DNA of 64,000 bases, from assembly GCA_051306005.1 (NCBI GenBank), contig JBPPMJ010000003.1, positions 329,171 through 393,170 on the forward strand. The letters are read 5' to 3'. Numbering within the stretch: the first letter of the stretch is position 1; each line of letters starts with the position of its first letter. The stretch is from Minisyncoccota bacterium. GTDB taxonomy: Bacteria > Patescibacteriota > Minisyncoccia > Moranbacterales > UBA1568. Positions 19,549-29,986 of the stretch are shown here, one piece after another. Below the pieces are notes generated by a model. That model was not told where the DNA came from and ran no database searches. It worked only from the letters and a program-made list of their open reading frames with translations. A program made the translations under genes and the position numbers.

Positions 19549-20211
19549 TCACAATGTATCATGCAATACAATGTTTTCATTTTTTTCCGAGATCTGTTTT
19601 TTGTAACGCGTCAAAATCCAAGATCCAGAAAAAAACAATCCCGCAAAAAATCCAGCCAAGGCTGTAGCAAACATCATACTGACGGTAGGATTTTGTATAT
19701 TAATAGGACCAGACAAAATACGTACTTCTACACTATTCACATCACCACCCCGAAACAGTGCGTTTTTTTGTGTCAATACTTCTGAAATAGCGGTTACAAT
19801 ACGAGTCGCCTCTCGCTCACTTGTATGCTTCACAGTGACACTGATAATTCCAAGCTCTAAACTTTTTTGTACCTGTACCATTTTATCCCACGTTTTTAAA
19901 CGATCTGTTTTATCAAAAGGCAAAAATTCATTATTCACTTTGCCAGTCTCAATAACCGTATTAATAAATTTTTCACTATATAATGCTTCACTCAAAACTT
20001 TACCAAGATATTCGGAAGACTTGAATTGTGTATAAAAGTCTTGTCCCTGACTATTGCTTTGAACAATCAAAAAATCCATACGTGATTGGAATGACTTCTC
20101 TATGATAATCAATCCAGTAAAACTTATTAGTGCACCAAAAATACCAAATAAAATCATGGTATAAATATTTCTTCGTAAAAAAGATACTAGTAAACGTGCG
20201 TTCATAAACAA
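19549..20211 (-). CDS. Wzz/CpsC-like chain-length determinant
   Basis: Two TM segments with an intervening soluble domain and Pro before the second TM. Confidence 0.7.
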   Translation of the reverse strand: MFMNARLLVSFLRRNIYTMILFGIFGALISFTGLIIIEKSFQSRMDFLIVQSNSQGQDFYTQFKSSEYLGKVLSEALYSEKFINTVIETGKVNNEFLPFDKTDRLKTWDKMVQVQKSLELGIISVTVKHTSEREATRIVTAISEVLTQKNALFRGGDVNSVEVRILSGPINIQNPTVSMMFATALAGFFAGLFFSGSWILTRYKKQISEKNENIVLHDTL

Positions 20212-20237
20212 TACACTAAAGTTATTAATAACTCAGT

Positions 20238-20266
20238 ATGATACCAGATAAATGATTATTTGTCAA
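20238..20266 (-). promoter_or_regulatory. sigma70-type promoter (TTGACA-17-TATCAT)
   Basis: Minus strand ttgaca-aataatcatttatctgg-tatcat. Confidence 0.55.
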
Positions 20267-20375
20267 TATAAAGTACCTAATGGTGTAAAGATAAGCTTTA
20301 TTTATGCTAAAAAAGCTCTTATTATTCAAAAATATGCCCAGAAAATGCAAGGATTCTATTCATATGAATACCAAT

Positions 20376-20414
20376 AAAAAAAGAGAGAGATGGATACCCA
20401 TCTTTCTCTTTTTT
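20376..20414. terminator. Intrinsic terminator downstream of rseP
   Basis: aaaaaaagagagagatgg-atac-ccatctttctctttttt hairpin with A/T tails. Confidence 0.65.
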
Positions 20415-20452
20415 GCATCACATAATTACGTTTCATTTCAAGTCTCTCAACC

Positions 20453-21610
20453 TTACATTGAGAAAAAAAGACTGCCAAACTTTTGAAATAATCCAAAAAC
20501 ACTGAAATCTCGAATAGTAATAATTAGCATTAATAGCAATAAAAGCATAAAACCAATTTGATGAATCATGTTTTCTGTGCTTCTACTGATAGGCTTTCCT
20601 TTGATTTTTTCAATCAACACAAACAGAATACGACCACCATCCAAAGCCGGTATTGGTAATATATTGATAATGGCTAGATTGATAGAAAGCAAAGCGGCAA
20701 ACTGCAGAACATAGGCAAGACCAAGATCACTCATCTGCTTGGTTAGATACACGATACCAACCGGGCCAGTCACATCGACTGCGGTGCCTGATTCCAATTG
20801 CAACAGACCAAGAATCATTGTTCCGAAGGCTGCCAAAATAGCCACAGTAATGTTATATGTCGTGAGAAAACCTTGATAGATCGCTTGATACCACGGATAC
20901 GCCACTATGGCTGTTTCTGAAAAAGAAATACCCAAACTTCCTTCATTGGCAGGATATTCAGTACGCGGAATACCAGTCAAAGTCATTTCCTTATCAAGGC
21001 GCTTGATACGCATATCCAAAGACTGACCCCTGTGCTTCATAATGATATCACTTATCTGTTGCAAAGATGTAATATCCTCTCCAGCGATCATCACCACTTC
21101 ATCTCCCAACTGCAATCCCATCATTTCAGCTGGAGTATTCTTCTTTACTTCCAAGATCTGAATTTTAGCATCGGGATATTGAGCACGTTCAGAAGAATCA
21201 ATAGGTTGTGACAATCCCAGAGTCAAAACAATAGAAACAAGAACCCATGCCAACAACATATTCATCACAACCCCTGCCCCCAATACCTTGACTCGCACCC
21301 ATGCCGATTGATGCGCAAAACTATCAATATCCGTATTCTGCCCATCTTCACCTTTGATTCTGACAAATCCGCCCAACGGTAACCAGTTGAATGAATAGAC
21401 GGTATGTGGTCCATCACTATTCTTCGCCCCCCACACAATGCGCCATTTCCCCACCTGTCTATCCCGATATAATCCAACAAAACGAGGCGGAAAACCAAAG
21501 CCAAACTCATCTACCTTAATGCCATTGCGTCGAGCCACGACGAAATGTCCCAATTCATGCACAAGTACCAATAATCCCAATAAAACAATGAAAATCAGCG
21601 CAGTCAGCAT
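20453..21610 (-). CDS. rseP: RIP metalloprotease RseP (site-2 protease with PDZ domain)
   Basis: HELGH, PLGGFVRI, AGVVMN and NILPIPALDGG motifs; PDZ domain. Confidence 0.93.
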   Translation of the reverse strand: MLTALIFIVLLGLLVLVHELGHFVVARRNGIKVDEFGFGFPPRFVGLYRDRQVGKWRIVWGAKNSDGPHTVYSFNWLPLGGFVRIKGEDGQNTDIDSFAHQSAWVRVKVLGAGVVMNMLLAWVLVSIVLTLGLSQPIDSSERAQYPDAKIQILEVKKNTPAEMMGLQLGDEVVMIAGEDITSLQQISDIIMKHRGQSLDMRIKRLDKEMTLTGIPRTEYPANEGSLGISFSETAIVAYPWYQAIYQGFLTTYNITVAILAAFGTMILGLLQLESGTAVDVTGPVGIVYLTKQMSDLGLAYVLQFAALLSINLAIINILPIPALDGGRILFVLIEKIKGKPISRSTENMIHQIGFMLLLLLMLIITIRDFSVFGLFQKFGSLFFSM

Positions 21611-21635
21611 ATGGGTATTTCTTTATAGCGATAAA

Positions 21636-22193
21636 TTACAACGTCATAATTTCTTCTTCTTTCTTTTTACGCATCATTTCCAATGTTTGATTGTATTCAT
21701 CAACAACCTTCTGAAGCTCTTCTTTCCCTTGAAACTTATCATCTTCGGCTATTTCTCCGGCATGTTCCTTATCTTGAATAGTTTTCCATATTTCCTCTCG
21801 AATAGAACGTAAAGCGATACGTGCATCTTCCGTACGGTTATTGAGTGTTTTGACCAATTCCCTCCTTCTGTCTTCGGTCAACGCCGGCAAAGTGATACGA
21901 ATAGATTGACCATCATTGCTCGGATTGAGACCTAAATCAGATTCACGAATAGCAGATTCAATAGCTATTAATCCATCCTTGTCCCAAGGTTGAATCAAAA
22001 TTTGACGAGCTTCAGGGATATTGATACTCGCCATCTGTTGCAGTGGTGTCTTGACGCCATAATAATCCACTGGCAAGTTCTCTACTAAACCGGGATTGGC
22101 GCGACCCGTACGAATCTTGGCAGATTCCATCGAAAAATGTTCTACTGCGGCATCAAAATCTTTTTTCTTTTCCGACAACAAGGCTTTTATCAT
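21636..22193 (-). CDS. frr: Ribosome recycling factor
   Basis: IRTGRANP, LGLNPSNDG and PALTEDRR motifs. Confidence 0.97.
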   Translation of the reverse strand: MIKALLSEKKKDFDAAVEHFSMESAKIRTGRANPGLVENLPVDYYGVKTPLQQMASINIPEARQILIQPWDKDGLIAIESAIRESDLGLNPSNDGQSIRITLPALTEDRRRELVKTLNNRTEDARIALRSIREEIWKTIQDKEHAGEIAEDDKFQGKEELQKVVDEYNQTLEMMRKKKEEEIMTL

Positions 22194-22280
22194 ACAATTC
22201 CTTTAACGATAAATATATTTTTAGTATACCTCATATCTTTCTCTCTGTGAACCATGCACATTTCTGATGAACATGCTGAT

Positions 22281-23426
22281 TCAGTACTTACGCAGTGTAA
22301 AATATAACGTATTCGGATGAGAAGGTATGTAAGTAAGAAAGCTCACACCACGATCAATATCCAATTTCGTCGTTGACCAGCGCAAACCTCCATCAACAGA
22401 ACGATAAAAAGCCTGACCTGCAATATAAACGATTTCATTAGATTGTGTAGGATGAATAGCAATCGCACGCACTGGAAATTTTTTGGAACTTTCGATAATA
22501 TCCAATGCTTCCCAACTTAGTCCATTGTCGCGACTTCGAAAAATTCCTTTTTTAGCCCCTGCATACATCGTGCCCGATACAGAAGGATCCAGGGCAACTG
22601 TTGTCATGCCATCTGGTGTTCCTCCATACTTTGATCCCAATGTTCGTGTTGATTGAGTGGTAGATCGAACATTTTCCGGTGTTCCCTGTAATTTTTCTAC
22701 TCCTCTATTCCAAGTGTTGCCTCCATCCATGGAAATGCTCACGCCTTGATTTGGAACAAACAAAATAATTTTTTGTGCATTTCCTTTTTCAAAGAGTATT
22801 TTAGTCACTGGTCCATATGCTACGCCAATATTATCCCACGTCGCTCCTCCATTGATACTTTTCATCAAAGCACCAGAACTACTCCCAACATAAACAACAT
22901 CTGTGATGTCTGGACTGACACTGACAGCTGTTATAACCACATCTTTACCGGGTTCGGTGTAAGTTTCTTTCCAATTTTTTCCTGCGTCATCAGAACGATA
23001 CAACTTGGCAACACCATCATAAACACCACTAGCATAGATTTGCTCACTCATCTCCCGTCCCAATGCCACGCCATAATTCTTGAGTGGTGGAAAAATTACC
23101 TGTTCCCAACGTTCACCTCCATTCATCGTTTTGAACAACCCATTTCCAAGCGTACCCATATATATCATGTCAGGATTCTTTTCATCCACCACAAATGATA
23201 CAATATCTGCAGAAGATATCTTGCGCGTCTCATCAACCATAATTTTTGACACAAATGTTTGTCCGCTATCAAAGGATTTCCATACACTCCCACTGGAAGC
23301 ACTAGTCTTCAAAGGAAGATTGATACTGCATCCAGACAATAATAATAAAGACATCCCTACGAACATTGTCTTTCCAAAATACATAAATTGTCTCAAATGA
23401 GGAATTATCATAGTATAGTATAGCAC
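22281..23426 (-). CDS. BNR/Asp-box (YCF48/sortilin-like) beta-propeller lipoprotein
   Basis: Repeated S.D.G.TW motifs; lipobox LLSG-C; exact start uncertain. Confidence 0.8.
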   Translation of the reverse strand: MLYYTMIIPHLRQFMYFGKTMFVGMSLLLLSGCSINLPLKTSASSGSVWKSFDSGQTFVSKIMVDETRKISSADIVSFVVDEKNPDMIYMGTLGNGLFKTMNGGERWEQVIFPPLKNYGVALGREMSEQIYASGVYDGVAKLYRSDDAGKNWKETYTEPGKDVVITAVSVSPDITDVVYVGSSSGALMKSINGGATWDNIGVAYGPVTKILFEKGNAQKIILFVPNQGVSISMDGGNTWNRGVEKLQGTPENVRSTTQSTRTLGSKYGGTPDGMTTVALDPSVSGTMYAGAKKGIFRSRDNGLSWEALDIIESSKKFPVRAIAIHPTQSNEIVYIAGQAFYRSVDGGLRWSTTKLDIDRGVSFLTYIPSHPNTLYFTLRKY

Positions 23427-23608
23427 AAAAACGTATGCTAATACCTTACACTATGAAGATAGCAGATAGGTATACATACTACTCCACCATGCTATCAGAC
23501 TTGACTCTTTCGCTGATATTCATTAAAATAAGCACTGTTATCCTTTCAAAAAATATCTTCTGGATACTGGGAGTCAGTACTTTGAATAAATTTGAAAAGA
23601 TACAGCTC

Positions 23609-23684
23609 GGGTCGTTAGCTCAGTTGGTAGAGCAGTGGCCTTTTAAGCCAACGGTCGCAGGTTCGAATCCTGCACGACCCACCA
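23609..23684 (+). tRNA. tRNA-Lys (anticodon UUU)
   Basis: GGGTCGTTAGCTCAGTTGGTAGAGCA..CTTTTAA..GGTTCGAATCC..ACGACCCACCA; cloverleaf with encoded CCA. Confidence 0.97.
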
Positions 23685-24577
23685 AAATCTGACTTTCAGA
23701 AAATTGACCGACTTTTTCGTTGGTGGTAGCAAAGCGCCACCCGAGCGTTTTTCCCCGACAAATCTGCTCGGCGTGGTGAGCCACGCCTCGCGGTTGGCCA
23801 AGACGAGATTCGAGTCAGCTAGTCCGCTTTTGTTCAATCCGCGCCATTTGTTCTTTCAGCGACTTCTTTTCGGAAAGGAGTTTTGCTTTTTCTGTGCGGT
23901 AAATTTCCCGCTCAATATCCTGTTCCAAATAGCCGTCAAGAAGTCGCTGGAGTTTTGTTTGTATGGTGCGGATTCTTGTTTCTGATTCCTGAACAAAAGC
24001 GGTTGTGGCTTGAGTTTTGATTTCTTGGTAGTGGTAATAGACATACTCGTGTACATTGCCGTTCTTTTGCTTTTTCACCTTGTATTCGCCAAGTTATCAT
24101 CATTCGGCATGAGGCGCAGGAAAGCAGACCGCAAAACGCTCGCGGTTCATTCTTTTGTTTATGGTGCGGACGGCCTCGCTGTTGCAAAACCTCCTGCGCC
24201 TTGTCAAAAATTTTCTTTGAGACGACTGGTTGGTGCTTGCTCTCGTGGATTTCACCGCCATAGCGTCTGTCTCAGTGGAGTCGCTTGCCGTTTTTGGAAT
24301 GGATACCGAATTGTGCCAAAAAGTTTGAGATGTCTTCAAGTCGGCTTCCATTTTTTGCGTACAGCTTAAAAGCCTTGCGAATGAGTGGGGTGCGTTTCTT
24401 GTCCACGACCACCGTTTTTGTCCGCACATCGTTGATGTATCCGATTAGGGCAAGACAGAGATACTCTCCGTGCCTCACTTTTTGGCACAATCCACGCTTG
24501 CTTGGTACTCTCGGCAAGCGAATCCACATAGTATTTGCTTTGCCCAAAAGCGATTTTCTGAAAGTCAGATTTTGGTG
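23680..24577. mobile_element. Decayed serine-recombinase integrative element at the tRNA-Lys 3' end, bounded by 25-bp inverted repeats
   Basis: caccaaaatctgactttcagaaaat at 23680-23704 and its exact reverse complement at 24553-24577 enclose recombinase fragments. Confidence 0.75.
23705..24552 (-). pseudogene. Large serine recombinase pseudogene (recombinase, Zn-ribbon and coiled-coil fragments; catalytic N-terminus missing)
   Basis: Fragments in shifting frames: IAFGQSKYYVDSLAESTK, GYINDVRTK..IRKAFKLYA, FCGLLSCASC, YVYYH and LQRLLDGYLEQDIERE. Confidence 0.85.
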
Positions 24578-24705
24578 TGTCTTTACAGTTTAGCTCAAAC
24601 TCATTTTATTCGAAATTCCTGATCGAAACCAGACCGCGGAATTCCCACACACACCTCTCCGCCGTGTTTTTGTGGGGACGGGACGGAATTTTTGGCGGAC
24701 GGAAA

Positions 24706-27700
24706 CTACACAGTCGCTTCTACGTTCTGTCTATTTTCAAAACGTACAAAATAGAAATCTTCGTCGCCAAGATAAGCTGGCAATTTTTCGTTTTTCGTCA
24801 AATGAAAACCCTTACTTCCAAACCATTTTCTAATTCGTTCGTTCATGAGCAAAGCATAGGAAGTACTTGCCCGTGCTTCCGCTTCAATAGGTACGCCATA
24901 TGCAGAAGCGATATCAAGAACCCTCTCCATCATTTTACGAGCAATCGGTGATCCTCTAAATTTTGGCATAACTACCATATCGTACACATGAGCAACTCGC
25001 TCGCCACTTTGCACTTCAGATTCTTCTGGCAAAACTAAAAGATATCCAGCCACTTCTTGGCCTTGACGAACCACGAAACTTGAAGCGGCTCCGGGTATTT
25101 CTAAATCTCTCTGTTTTTGTAATATTTCTGCAATATACGCCTTGCCTTGTGCCATGCCTTCGGGATAAGCTTCTGCTTCCATTTTTGCGATGAGCTCCGC
25201 ATCTCTTTCCGAGAGATTTGCAAATGTTACTACTTTATCCATTGACTCAACACCACGACGTTTAGGAAGGTCGTAAATCTGTGAACCAGTGGCATCGGAA
25301 TAAGAAAGACGGGTTTTTGCTTGATAATGATTTTGTTCCAATTTTCCTCCAGGCGGGATTAAATCAGAATAACCTGTGCCAACCTTTACTGGCTTACTGG
25401 TATATTCCGTCCAAAAAGTCTCATATACATTCGAAAGCAACGACGAAAGATTTTTGTAGTTATTAGCGACTTCGATGTTATCTAGCACAACGACATCTTC
25501 ATCTATTTCTCTGTCGCGAGAATCAACCACAACCGATTGCGCAATAATTCTCCCGTTGTATTTAATCGTAAAGTATTGAGTGGAATGATTGAACATATAA
25601 TCGTCATTGTTAGAAGCACCGAACGGCATACAACAATCAGTGTAATTGCCACATACCCATCCTTCGGGGTCGGATTTGGCATGTATCTGCGCTTCAACAA
25701 TCGGCCCAACATCAACCTGTTGCTCGCGAAGTAGCCGGATTACATCTTCCTCTAAATCTGTTGGCACTGAATTGAGCAAATCAAGCGCAGTCATTTTCTT
25801 TTCACCGAGTTCTCTACCTTTTACTAACTGATTCAAAGAGTGGAATAATCCTTTTGAGTCTTTTGCTGTTCCTCTAATCTTTTGTTTATGAGAACCTAAG
25901 CCCTCGCGTAATGCTTCAGTGAGTGTTCGTCCAGCAAAGGTTCTTGAGTGGGGGGTAAATGGCTGTTCCTTGTCTAGCTTTCCTTCAATTAAATCTTGAA
26001 AATCAGCTCGTCTACGCATTGATTCAAGTGCCGCAAGATTAAATCCTGGGGCTGATGTAATTTCTAATAATTCCGGTGGGAATTTTGAGAGATCAATATT
26101 TGATTCAATCGCGAAAATGCGTTTTTTGAGCTCACGTAACGATTGGACGGGACCACTGCTTTGCAGAGGATCACTTTCTTTGTCGTATCTCGGCAAGAGA
26201 TTAACGAATTCTTGATTATCGTCCATCGTTTCAATACTCAAAAGAATGGACTTCGCATCTCCGGCCTCAAGTTTCTGAATGTTAGGGCTCCACAGAAGTA
26301 CATCGTGCCAATTCGCAATACGCCCGTCTGCTTCGCGAGTTGTATTGAAGCGCAAGAGATAATTTTGCATTGTGACACCACCGACATGCTCTGCGGCACC
26401 TTTATACCAGCCACGTACTTCTTCCGTTTGGGTTCCAAGACAAATGCGAAAATCCAAATCTTGTTTTCTTTTCGGTGTTTCTTTGAAAACTTTATCCCAT
26501 TCTTTACCCTCGTTGCTTGCACGCCATTCGGCATATTTTGTTAAACCATTCGGGTCGAGCAAAACATAATCGCTCGCGTATTCGTAATAAAGATTTATTT
26601 CTTCCGGTGAAACTGCCTTGCGCCAATCGACCGGCCAATCTTCGGTAGCAAATTCAAGATCGTTTTTAACTTGTCCGTCGATTACTCCTTCAAGATAACG
26701 CTGTTTATCATATGCCAAAGCCACACCACGAATATCATTCCCTTGTTCTAACACTTGAATAATAAGACCGAGTGTCGCAGGTTTTCCTTTACCTTTCTGC
26801 TCTCCATAACGATCCTCGGAACCTTGCCCCAAGAGAGCAACAATTAAGTTCTTTTGTTTTTTCAGGTACTCATTTAACTTTTCTTTGGAGACATCAGCTT
26901 TGGTCAAATCATATCTATCCCAATTCACATATTGATCGTGCCAATAAAAACGGTTTTCTTCTGTGCGATTTGGATTTTGCATCCAAACTTGTTTAGCTAA
27001 CCAATACATCCGCTTGCCTTCTTGGAATTGGTCTCTCGCGCCCCGCACACCCAAAAGTTCAAGCCAATGCTTGTCTTCTGCTTTCGCACCGAGCTTCGCT
27101 CGTGCTTGCTCAATTTGTGTTTTATTTCTTTCTGCCAAATATCGCCACAGGCCGGAACGCTCCAGCGTATTTGCCTGATGAAGTTGTTTTTTAAGTTGAT
27201 CCGGTTCAAATTTAGAAATGTCGTATTTCATGATTTTGAGCGTTTCAAAGCCAGTCATTTGTTCTGATACATTTCTTTCATCTGCCCCTAAAACTTGTTG
27301 AGCGCGTTCTACGCCAACAATTTTAATAAAATCGTAGAGTTGGTGGTCTGGGTAAAAGTAGGGACTACCACGACCTCTTTTAGAACGCGCACGATCAAAT
27401 AATTCTTCTGCTTGTGGGTCATTTTCCACTGCCCTTACTGCAAGGATCGCTTTGACTCCCGAGCGCGCCTCTGAAATAACCGATGCCCTGTCTAAGCTAC
27501 CACCAATTCCAATAATCACTGGCTTTCGATAAAAATCAGAGTAAACAAAATCAAGCGAAACACCTTCTTTTTCTTGTTCTGTTGGCTCTCTAAGTAATCT
27601 GTTTAATCTTGATGCATTTTGATCAAATGACTGATAATCTTTTTCAGGATCATCGCTCACAAAACCATACTTTTTTGCGATCTTATCAAAATTAAAATGT

Positions 27701-28578
27701 AAATGATCCCTAACTTTGCGAGTAGGTACTGCACCGAGCACCAACGCCTTATCTTTCGGGTTTTTCGCAAGGCGTCTTGCGAGACTTTGCGCTGATTGTT
27801 CTTGTGCCTGCTTTGCTACTGCTCGGTGTTGCTCATAATCAAGATATTCCACGCCCAGCTCTTGTTTCGCGGTTTCGTAAAGCTCTCTCTGGATATTTTC
27901 AAAATCTGTATTAGAAATAGCTGAAAGATTTTCCTTAATTCTTTCTATTTGTTGTTTTGCTGTTTGGATAAATGGAGTGGCATTGGTAATATTGCCCTCG
28001 TCCATTTTCTTTTCTTCTTCATTCCAAACTCGCATACCGAAGTCATTGACGCACAGATAGCGATTTTTTGATTTGAGATAATATCTATGAGGAATACTTC
28101 CGCCAGATCGTCCCGTTTCTCTTTTTGAGTCCACCCTTATACTTTCTTTTGCATATGCGAGAACAAGTAAATCGCTTGCGCTAACATCGGCTTGTCTGCC
28201 TTCGGGATAATATTCATCAGTTTGAAAAATTGCTGGTTTGCCGTCTTGTTCGCGAATGTAATAATTTGCCCCAAGTAATCCTATGTCTTTATTAGTGAGA
28301 TCAAGGCTTTGTATTAACTCAGCATAATCTTGCTCTTGCAAAAGCATAGCTGGTAGTAATATTTCAAAATTTCTACCAACAAAACTTTCAATTTCTTTTT
28401 CTACTTCCTCATGGTTGAGTGGTTGTTCTGATCTTTCAACCTCAAAAATATCAGCAAGTTCAGCGTGCATACCCTCCTTGCTTTTTGGCGAAGCCAAATA
28501 CTCGGTAATTCCTTCTTCAATTTTTTGCTTCGCTTGATTCTTTGAAAATTGTTCTGGTGTTGAAAAATTTTCTCGCAT
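24706..28578 (-). CDS. 1290-aa protein with a C-terminal GNAT acetyltransferase domain
   Basis: C-terminal AHVYDMVVMPKFRGSPIARKMM (GNAT motif A); preceding GNYTDCCMPFG...VLDNIE domain; N-terminal region not recognised. Confidence 0.8.
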   Translation of the reverse strand: MRENFSTPEQFSKNQAKQKIEEGITEYLASPKSKEGMHAELADIFEVERSEQPLNHEEVEKEIESFVGRNFEILLPAMLLQEQDYAELIQSLDLTNKDIGLLGANYYIREQDGKPAIFQTDEYYPEGRQADVSASDLLVLAYAKESIRVDSKRETGRSGGSIPHRYYLKSKNRYLCVNDFGMRVWNEEEKKMDEGNITNATPFIQTAKQQIERIKENLSAISNTDFENIQRELYETAKQELGVEYLDYEQHRAVAKQAQEQSAQSLARRLAKNPKDKALVLGAVPTRKVRDHLHFNFDKIAKKYGFVSDDPEKDYQSFDQNASRLNRLLREPTEQEKEGVSLDFVYSDFYRKPVIIGIGGSLDRASVISEARSGVKAILAVRAVENDPQAEELFDRARSKRGRGSPYFYPDHQLYDFIKIVGVERAQQVLGADERNVSEQMTGFETLKIMKYDISKFEPDQLKKQLHQANTLERSGLWRYLAERNKTQIEQARAKLGAKAEDKHWLELLGVRGARDQFQEGKRMYWLAKQVWMQNPNRTEENRFYWHDQYVNWDRYDLTKADVSKEKLNEYLKKQKNLIVALLGQGSEDRYGEQKGKGKPATLGLIIQVLEQGNDIRGVALAYDKQRYLEGVIDGQVKNDLEFATEDWPVDWRKAVSPEEINLYYEYASDYVLLDPNGLTKYAEWRASNEGKEWDKVFKETPKRKQDLDFRICLGTQTEEVRGWYKGAAEHVGGVTMQNYLLRFNTTREADGRIANWHDVLLWSPNIQKLEAGDAKSILLSIETMDDNQEFVNLLPRYDKESDPLQSSGPVQSLRELKKRIFAIESNIDLSKFPPELLEITSAPGFNLAALESMRRRADFQDLIEGKLDKEQPFTPHSRTFAGRTLTEALREGLGSHKQKIRGTAKDSKGLFHSLNQLVKGRELGEKKMTALDLLNSVPTDLEEDVIRLLREQQVDVGPIVEAQIHAKSDPEGWVCGNYTDCCMPFGASNNDDYMFNHSTQYFTIKYNGRIIAQSVVVDSRDREIDEDVVVLDNIEVANNYKNLSSLLSNVYETFWTEYTSKPVKVGTGYSDLIPPGGKLEQNHYQAKTRLSYSDATGSQIYDLPKRRGVESMDKVVTFANLSERDAELIAKMEAEAYPEGMAQGKAYIAEILQKQRDLEIPGAASSFVVRQGQEVAGYLLVLPEESEVQSGERVAHVYDMVVMPKFRGSPIARKMMERVLDIASAYGVPIEAEARASTSYALLMNERIRKWFGSKGFHLTKNEKLPAYLGDEDFYFVRFENRQNVEATV

Positions 28579-28616
28579 ATATTTAAAAAGTTAATCCATT
28601 TTTAAAAAAAAGTATG

Positions 28617-29951
28617 CTACCCACTATGATTCGGTGCAAGAATCACCTCTTTTCCAACAAAAGATCGCAAAACATCTGGCACAATGACACTTCCATCAGC
28701 TTGTTGATAGTTCTCCAAAATAGCGATGAAAATTCGCGGACTCGGCAGTGCTGTGTTATTCATCATATACACATATTGACGTTCTCCCGTTTTGGTATTT
28801 TTGTATTTCACATTAAGACGCCGTGATTGCCAATCCAAGAAGTTCGAAGCGGATCCCGTCTCACCATAACGATTCATACCTGGCATCCACGCCTCCAGAT
28901 CAAAGGCGCGATACTTACCCGCACTCATATCCCCGGTACAAATTTGTAATTTTCGATAAGGTAACCCTAACTCACGATGCATTTCCTCGGAAATATCAAT
29001 CATCTCATCCTGCAGACGATTCGCACTATCAATATCCGCAGAGGTCAATACCACTTGCTCTACTTTCATAAATTCATGTACACGATACATCCCCTTGGTA
29101 TCTTTGCCATATGAACCTATTTCATTGCGATAACATTGACTAAAGCCGGCTAAACGAATGGGCAATACGCCTTCTTCCAACACTTCCCCAGAATAATATG
29201 CCAACAATGACGGTTCTGCTGTTCCGACCAAAAACTTGGCTTCTTTGGCAGGACTACCATCAGAATCAATATCCCGATTTGCAACCTGGTAAATCTCATC
29301 GATAGTACTGTCATATTCCTTTCCATTGAAATATCCGCTCCCAAATAACGGTCCACCCTTGATCAACGTAGGTGGTATCATCGGTTGATATCCTTTGGCT
29401 ACCATTTTCTGGAGAGCATACATCATAATACCCATCACCAAGAGTGTTCCCTCATTTTTCAGATAATATCCCCGATAACCAGATACTTTGGCGCCACGTT
29501 CCATATCCAAAATATTCAATATTTTTCCAATTTCTAAATGCGTTCGTGGCATGAAATTAAAAATGGGTAACGTACCAAATTTCCCTATCTCAATATTATC
29601 TGCATCTGTCTGACCAATCGGTGTATCAGGTGATACGATATTTGGCACACGTGCCATCAGTGCCTCATATTCTGTCTGTACCTTGTACAAAGATGGTTCT
29701 TTATTATCAATAGCTGATTTGATATCTTTGGCTTTCCCGATAATTTCCGACCGTTCTTCGTCTGTCTGTGCCTGTTGCATCAAGCTGTTGATATCATTTT
29801 TAAGCGACTTTAATTCTTCTACTTCCTGCAAAAGCGCGCTACGTTCTCGATCTTTCGTCAACAAATCTTCTACGCGAAAATCAAGACGTTTAGCCCTTGC
29901 TACCTCGGCGATCTTTTCCTGATTTTCACGAATAAACTGAATATCCAACAT
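28617..29951 (-). CDS. serS: Seryl-tRNA synthetase
   Basis: MLDIQFIREN, GTAE, YRNEIGSYGKDTKGMYRVHEF and ENYQQADGS motifs. Confidence 0.97.
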   Translation of the reverse strand: MLDIQFIRENQEKIAEVARAKRLDFRVEDLLTKDRERSALLQEVEELKSLKNDINSLMQQAQTDEERSEIIGKAKDIKSAIDNKEPSLYKVQTEYEALMARVPNIVSPDTPIGQTDADNIEIGKFGTLPIFNFMPRTHLEIGKILNILDMERGAKVSGYRGYYLKNEGTLLVMGIMMYALQKMVAKGYQPMIPPTLIKGGPLFGSGYFNGKEYDSTIDEIYQVANRDIDSDGSPAKEAKFLVGTAEPSLLAYYSGEVLEEGVLPIRLAGFSQCYRNEIGSYGKDTKGMYRVHEFMKVEQVVLTSADIDSANRLQDEMIDISEEMHRELGLPYRKLQICTGDMSAGKYRAFDLEAWMPGMNRYGETGSASNFLDWQSRRLNVKYKNTKTGERQYVYMMNNTALPSPRIFIAILENYQQADGSVIVPDVLRSFVGKEVILAPNHSG

Positions 29952-29986
29952 ACGCAACGTTTTTATAAAAAATCGCTTTAACTTTA

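Noticed and set aside
23435-23985. Short ORFs overlapping tRNA-Lys and the recombinase remnant
   Set aside because: They are shadow frames across a tRNA or antisense to pseudogene fragments.
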